From: Promethearchaeota archaeon
Lineage (GTDB): Archaea; Asgardarchaeota; Lokiarchaeia; Sigyniarchaeales; SOKP01
Reading direction: 5' to 3'
DNA: 11,775 bases
Assembly: GCA_016839745.1 (NCBI GenBank)
Contig: JAEOTS010000129.1
Span: forward strand, 1 to 11,775
Part shown: one piece after another, positions 7,273-11,775 of the stretch
Position numbering within the stretch: position 1 is the stretch's first letter
How the letters are laid out: the number at the start of each line of letters is the position of its first letter
Position numbers and translations under genes: made by a program
Notes under the pieces: model-generated
Seen by the model: the letters and a program-made list of their open reading frames with translations, nothing else
Databases searched by the model: none
Told to the model about the DNA's origin: nothing

Positions 7273-7288
7273 CGAAAAAATATTTAAG
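7273..7288 (+). promoter_or_regulatory. BRE + TATA promoter of rpl18e-rpl13-rps9
   Basis: CGAAAAAA followed by TATTTAAG (7281-7288), ending 53 nt before ATG 7342. Confidence 0.55.
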
Positions 7289-7341
7289 TTTTGGGTAATT
7301 CTCAAGATTAATTTTCTAGAATTTAAACAATTGAGCATAAA

Positions 7342-7698
7342 ATGAGCCATCGAATTACGGGACCAAGTAATTATTACAATCGGAAACTGATTCGCGAATT
7401 GTGGAAGACTAAAAGAAGAATTTGGAGAAAGGTTTCAAAAAAGCTTTCAGGGGCTAGGAGGGATCGAGTAGAAGCGAATCTCTACAGAATCAATAATAGA
7501 ACCAAAGAGAACGATGTAATCGTTATCCCCGGTAAGGTATTAGGTGTTGGTGATATCGACCATAAATTAACTATTGCTTGTCTAGATTGTTCTAAAGCTG
7601 CTCAAAAAAAAATAGAATCTTCAGGCAGTAAATTAATGTCAATAAAAGAACTATTTGAGCAAAATCCCGACGGGAAAAACATAAAAGTATTTTATTAA
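7342..7698 (+). CDS. rpl18e: 50S ribosomal protein L18e (eL18)
   Basis: Motifs IWRKVSKKLSGARRDRVEANLYRIN, VIVIPGKVLGVG and NPDG. Syntenic with L13 and S9. Confidence 0.95.
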   Translation: MSHRITGPSNYYNRKLIRELWKTKRRIWRKVSKKLSGARRDRVEANLYRINNRTKENDVIVIPGKVLGVGDIDHKLTIACLDCSKAAQKKIESSGSKLMSIKELFEQNPDGKNIKVFY

Positions 7699-7724
7699 AA
7701 ATAATAACATCGAGAGAAATTCAA

Positions 7725-8195
7725 ATGCAAGAATACCTTTTAATGGATGCGAAGAACAAGATTTTAGGAAGGTTCTGTAGCCAAGTAGCTAAAAAAGCTT
7801 TATTAGGGGAAAAAATCGTTATAATTAATGCTAAAGACGCTATAATTAGTGGATCTAAGCGGAATATTCACGAAAAATATTTAGGCAAATTAAACATTAG
7901 TACAGCAACAAATCCAAGGCGCGGACCTTTCTGGCCCAGAAGACCTGATACATTCATGAGAAATATAATCAAGAAAATGCTCCCTACAAAAAAAATCAGA
8001 GGTAAGGAGGCTTTAAAACGCGTACATGTTTACATCGGAGCAATTCCAGAACGTTTTCAGAAGAAGTATCAAACATTAACTCCAACAGAAATACCAAATT
8101 CAGATAAAAAAAGACTTTCATATTATAACAAGTATATTACTCTAGAAAATCTTTGTTCGAGAATTGGCTGGAATAAATTAGAAATTGAGGCTTAA
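7725..8195 (+). CDS. rpl13: 50S ribosomal protein L13 (uL13, archaeal/eukaryotic type)
   Basis: Motifs DAKNKILGRFCSQVAKKALLGEKIVIINA, GPFWPRRPD, MLP and RGKEALKR. Confidence 0.96.
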   Translation: MQEYLLMDAKNKILGRFCSQVAKKALLGEKIVIINAKDAIISGSKRNIHEKYLGKLNISTATNPRRGPFWPRRPDTFMRNIIKKMLPTKKIRGKEALKRVHVYIGAIPERFQKKYQTLTPTEIPNSDKKRLSYYNKYITLENLCSRIGWNKLEIEA

Positions 8196-8200
8196 AACTT

Positions 8201-8617
8201 ATGTCAGAAAGAACAAAAGTAATACAATCTTCAGGTAAAAGAAAAACAGCAATCGCTCGAGCTGTTTTAACATATCCAGCTAAAGGACAGATTAAAATTA
8301 ATAATATCCCACTGGAGAAGTACGAGCCTGATATCGCAAGAATGCGCATTCAAGAAGTCTTAGAAGTAATCGATCATCCTAAGATAGAAAAGTGCGATAT
8401 TGATATTAATGTAAAGGGTGGTGGAAATATGGGGCAAACTGACGCTGTAAGAATTGCAATTGCTAAATCTCTTAATAAATTTATTGGTACAAAAACTATT
8501 GAAAAATCTTTTAGAGAATACGACGAATCATTACTCTCTGGGGATTCAAGGAGAACCGAGCCTAAACATTTTGGTGGAAAAAAAGCCCGAGCAAGAAGGC
8601 AAAAATCTTTTCGATAA
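8201..8617 (+). CDS. rps9: 30S ribosomal protein S9 (uS9)
   Basis: Motifs SGKRKTAIARA, VKGGGNMGQTDAVRIAIAK and LLSGDSRRTEPKHFGGKKARARRQKSFR. Confidence 0.97.
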   Translation: MSERTKVIQSSGKRKTAIARAVLTYPAKGQIKINNIPLEKYEPDIARMRIQEVLEVIDHPKIEKCDIDINVKGGGNMGQTDAVRIAIAKSLNKFIGTKTIEKSFREYDESLLSGDSRRTEPKHFGGKKARARRQKSFR

Positions 8618-8634
8618 TTTAATAAAATTAGATT

Positions 8635-9960
8635 CTACTCTATTTTTTCAACAATTGCTCCCAATTTTTTTATATCTTCTATAAAATTAGGATAAGAATC
8701 TTTAACAACTTCAATGTCAGATATTTGTGAAGGTGTTCTAGCAAATAGAGCCGCTATTGTAAATGCCATAGCGACTCTATGATCATTTTCATGGTTTATG
8801 TCAAAGCCTTCTAATTGATCGCAGTGATAAACTGTAAGTTTATCTTCTTCTTCTTTTACTTTAACTCCCATCTTGCTTAAACCTTGAGCAACTAGAGATA
8901 ATCTATCACTTTCTTTACCTCGAATACTTGAAGCATTATATAATTCTGTCTTGCCTTTTGCAAATGCTCCGACAACAGATAGAATTGGGAATAAATCGGG
9001 GGTATCTTCGATATCAATAGCTAACCCCGTTAAGGGGTATTTGTTTATATTTCCTTTAATGGAAATGCTGTTTTTATCTTTAAATACTTCAATTTTAGCT
9101 CCCATTCTTTGTAGAACCTCAATTATTTTCCTATCGCCTTGAGGTTTGTCAAAATTGAGGTTTCTTATAACGATTAGAGAGTCTTCTGGAGAGAGTATAG
9201 CCGCGGCAATTATAAAGGAAGTAGAAGAAAAGTCCCCGGGTATTTCGAAAGTTTGGGCTCTATAATTTTGTCCACATGTAATAACATATTTACCAACTTT
9301 TTTATCGTCTAAAATCTCCTGAATGTTAATTCCAAATGAGTCCAATACATTTAAAGTAATTTTCACATATGGGTACGATACTATAGGGGAAGTTATTTTA
9401 ATGGTGATGGAATTAATTTTCTTGCAATTTAATAGAGGGCACATCATAAGTAAAGCCGAAACAAACTGCGAGCTTTTATTACCTGGGATTTCAATCGTGT
9501 TACACTTTTTACCTTTTCGTTTGATCCTTAGGAAATCTTCAGATAAATCATAATTGCCGCCAATAAATTTTAAAGCATTTAGTAACGGAATAATAGGCCG
9601 CTTCCTTTTTAGGAATTCTCCCGAAAAAGAAAGACCACCATCAATCAACATTGCTAGAGCACAAAAAATTCTAATTGAGGTTCCAGAATTCTTACAATCT
9701 AGAATGCTTTTAATAGGTTTTATTGTTCCTATGTTACTTTTGACCATATAGGTGTCCTCTGATACTCGTGAGATACGATGACCTAAAGACTTTATAATAT
9801 CAATTGTAACTTCAACATCCCCAGAAATTAAAGGATTTTTAATTATTGACACTCCCTTAGCAAGGCTAGAAGCTATAAAAGCGCGATGTGAATAACTCTT
9901 AGAAGGCGGAGCAATTATCTCTCCTTTAAGTTTTGTTGTCGGAATAATTTTTAGTTTCAT
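8635..9960 (-). CDS. aroA: 3-phosphoshikimate 1-carboxyvinyltransferase (EPSP synthase)
   Basis: Motifs PPSKSYSHRA, NSGTSIR, SSQFVSALL, PGDFSS, PDL, RGKESDR, DHRVAMA and SYPNF. Confidence 0.96.
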   Translation of the reverse strand: MKLKIIPTTKLKGEIIAPPSKSYSHRAFIASSLAKGVSIIKNPLISGDVEVTIDIIKSLGHRISRVSEDTYMVKSNIGTIKPIKSILDCKNSGTSIRIFCALAMLIDGGLSFSGEFLKRKRPIIPLLNALKFIGGNYDLSEDFLRIKRKGKKCNTIEIPGNKSSQFVSALLMMCPLLNCKKINSITIKITSPIVSYPYVKITLNVLDSFGINIQEILDDKKVGKYVITCGQNYRAQTFEIPGDFSSTSFIIAAAILSPEDSLIVIRNLNFDKPQGDRKIIEVLQRMGAKIEVFKDKNSISIKGNINKYPLTGLAIDIEDTPDLFPILSVVGAFAKGKTELYNASSIRGKESDRLSLVAQGLSKMGVKVKEEEDKLTVYHCDQLEGFDINHENDHRVAMAFTIAALFARTPSQISDIEVVKDSYPNFIEDIKKLGAIVEKIE

Positions 9961-9992
9961 TGAGCTGTTATCAACAATTAATGCAATAAGTT

Positions 9993-10000
9993 CTTAAATA
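9993..10000 (-). promoter_or_regulatory. Putative aroA TATA box
   Basis: CTTAAATA on the plus strand is TATTTAAG on the minus strand, 32 nt upstream of the aroA ATG. No purine-rich BRE. Confidence 0.3.
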
Positions 10001-10054
10001 AAAATAAAAGAAGACTTTGATTATATTTCTATTTTATTTTTTGGTGTTTTTAAT

Positions 10055-10086
10055 ATCCTAAATTTAAATAACGAGATATTTAGGAT
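10055..10086. repeat. Perfect 9-bp inverted repeat, candidate operator in the aroA/aroC divergent region
   Basis: ATCCTAAAT (10055-10063), a 14-nt spacer, then ATTTAGGAT (10078-10086). Confidence 0.55.
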
Positions 10087-10180
10087 TCATAAAAAATAAT
10101 AAGTGAAAACTACTCATAATATATTAATCAATATAGAAAGTTGATTGGAGCTTAAAATTTCTAAAAAGGATGACGGAAAA

Positions 10181-11290
10181 ATGGGAGATAATACATTTGG
10201 AACGAAATTTAAAATCACATCGTTCGGAGAAAGTCATGGTAAAGTGGTTGGAGTAGTTATTGATGGAACCCCCGCAGGTTTAAAATTTGATTTAAACTAC
10301 ATCCAAAGTGAATTAGACAAAAGAAAACCAGGGCAATCGAAATTTACTTCAACTCGTAAAGAACAAGATAAGGTTGAAGTTTTATCGGGTATTTTTAATA
10401 GCATCACAACGGGTGCCCCTATTTGCCTAATTATTAGAAATCAAGATATAAATTCATCACACTATGAAAAATCAAAAGGTTTGCTAAGACCATCTCATAT
10501 TGATTATGTGGCATTGCAAAAATTCGGAGATTTCGCTGATTATCGTGGTTCTGGAAGGTTCTCAGGAAGAATTACTGCGGGATTTGTAATGGCGGGAGCT
10601 ATTGCTAAACAAATATTGAATATATTCAATATTTCAATATTAGCGTATACTAAAAGTATTGGTAGCATTGAAGATACAGAAGATCATTCTGTTGATAATC
10701 TCGAACATTTTATTCGACTGAGAGAAAATTCGCCAGTTAGAGCGTTGGATCTCGAACTTTCAAAAAAAATGGAAAAAGAGATTGAGATTTCTAAAAATAC
10801 TAATGATTCTGTTGGGGGTACTATTCGCTGCGTTATTAATAATGTTCCTCCTGGAATAGGTGGACCGATTTTTAATAGTCTTGAATCTAATATTAGTAAA
10901 GGAATTTTTTCTATACCCGCAATAAAAGGAATTGAGTTTGGGGCTGGATTTAAGGCTTCAAGAATGAAGGGATCAGAACATAACGACCCATGGACTATCA
11001 AAAACGGTAAAATTAGAACAACTAAAAACGATTCTGGCGGAATTATTGGAGGAATATCGACGGGCATGCCTATCGTCTTTACATTAGCGGTGAAACCAAC
11101 ATCTTCAATAGGGATAGTTCAAAAAACAGTTAATGTTAAAACAATGGAGGAAGAAGACATAAAAATTGAAGGAAGGAACGATCCTTGCATAGTTCCTCGA
11201 GCAATTGTAGTTGTTGAATCTATAGCAGCTATTGTCATTTTAGATTATTTACTAATTGAAGGAATCGTACCAAGTGTTTTAGAAGATTAA
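10181..11290 (+). CDS. aroC: Chorismate synthase; ATG 10181 preferred over TTG 10145
   Basis: Typical N-terminus MGDNTFG and motifs FGESHG, RPSHIDY, GRFSGR, IPAIKGIEFGAGF, GGIIGGISTG, KPTSSI and GRNDPCIVPRA. SD-like AAGGATGA at 10166-10173. Confidence 0.96.
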   Translation: MGDNTFGTKFKITSFGESHGKVVGVVIDGTPAGLKFDLNYIQSELDKRKPGQSKFTSTRKEQDKVEVLSGIFNSITTGAPICLIIRNQDINSSHYEKSKGLLRPSHIDYVALQKFGDFADYRGSGRFSGRITAGFVMAGAIAKQILNIFNISILAYTKSIGSIEDTEDHSVDNLEHFIRLRENSPVRALDLELSKKMEKEIEISKNTNDSVGGTIRCVINNVPPGIGGPIFNSLESNISKGIFSIPAIKGIEFGAGFKASRMKGSEHNDPWTIKNGKIRTTKNDSGGIIGGISTGMPIVFTLAVKPTSSIGIVQKTVNVKTMEEEDIKIEGRNDPCIVPRAIVVVESIAAIVILDYLLIEGIVPSVLED

Positions 11291-11305
11291 AGGATTGGAT
11301 TAAAA

Positions 11306-11775
11306 ATGAAAAAGATAATTACTGCGATAATGATAGGAGCAGGTGAAAGAGGGATGGATTATTACGGAGATTATGCCCTCAAATTTCCTGAAAAATTAAA
11401 GTTTGTCGCGGTCGCAGAACCTATTCAATTTAGGAAAGAAAATTTCGCGCGACTTCACGATATTCCATCAGAACGAACGTACACCGGTTGGGAGGAGGTT
11501 CTGGGTAAAGAAAAATTTGCTGATATTGCTTTCATATGCACCCAAGACCAAATGCATGTTGAACCCACTTTAGAAGCTCTTGAAAAAGGGTATCATGTTT
11601 TATTAGAAAAACCCATGGCGCACACTCTTGAAGGCTGCATTAAGATCGTCAAAAAGGTTGAAGAGACTAATAGGATATTAGGAATTTGCCATGTTTTAAG
11701 GTATACAAATTTTTTTACAACAGTAAAAGACACTATTCAAAAAGGACTATTAGGAAACATTGTAAATATATCTCA
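11306..11775 (+). CDS. Gfo/Idh/MocA family NAD(P)-dependent oxidoreductase (partial; runs off the window)
   Basis: Manual translation gives MKKIITAIMIGAGERG...AVAEP...ICTQDQMH...ALEKGYHVLLEKPMA...CHVLRY, with a Rossmann GxGxxG motif and the EKP motif. No stop codon before the window end. Confidence 0.92.
   Translation, partial: MKKIITAIMIGAGERGMDYYGDYALKFPEKLKFVAVAEPIQFRKENFARLHDIPSERTYTGWEEVLGKEKFADIAFICTQDQMHVEPTLEALEKGYHVLLEKPMAHTLEGCIKIVKKVEETNRILGICHVLRYTNFFTTVKDTIQKGLLGNIVNIS

Noticed and set aside
8137-8684. ORFs 8137-8349 (-) and 8454-8684 (+)
   Set aside because: They overlap rpl13, rps9 and aroA in alternative frames. The + ORF was checked as a possible rpoN, but it has no CxxCG or RYCCR motif.
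8951-9751. Three short + strand ORFs inside aroA
   Set aside because: Antisense shadows of a well-supported gene.
10684-11067. 127-aa minus-strand ORF
   Set aside because: Antisense shadow of aroC.
1-11775. CRISPR array, rRNA/tRNA, IS or integrase, defence island
   Set aside because: No regularly spaced repeats, no GC-rich structured RNA of suitable length and no recombinase or nuclease ORF. All long ORFs are accounted for.

Overview
AT-rich archaeal chromosomal segment, most consistent with an Asgard/Lokiarchaeia-type genome. That assignment is an inference from archaeal Rpo3, eL18, uL13 and uS9, an archaeal-type SHMT, BRE/TATA promoters and low GC; it was not tested. Gene order: archaeal coiled-coil protein (COG1340-like), glyA, ABC-2 ATPase and permease, rpoD/rpo3, an ArsB/NhaD/P-protein-like permease, rpl18e-rpl13-rps9, then aroA (minus strand) divergent from aroC, and a Gfo/Idh/MocA oxidoreductase cut by the window edge and absent from the ORF track. 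I found no rRNA, tRNA, CRISPR array, transposase or defence system. The window is mostly housekeeping, and I cannot support a claim of a complete new system. The best leads are: (i) the conserved rps11-rpoD-rpl18e-rpl13-rps9-rpoN superoperon is fragmented, with a motif-degenerate transporter inserted; (ii) a perfect 9-bp inverted repeat is centred exactly between the aroA and aroC starts; (iii) the glyA and ABC promoters share a TTTCGGT..GCNAAAA motif abutting their TATA boxes; (iv) a long hairpin lies upstream of glyA; (v) the coiled-coil protein may be related to eukaryotic Bfr1/PPI1.
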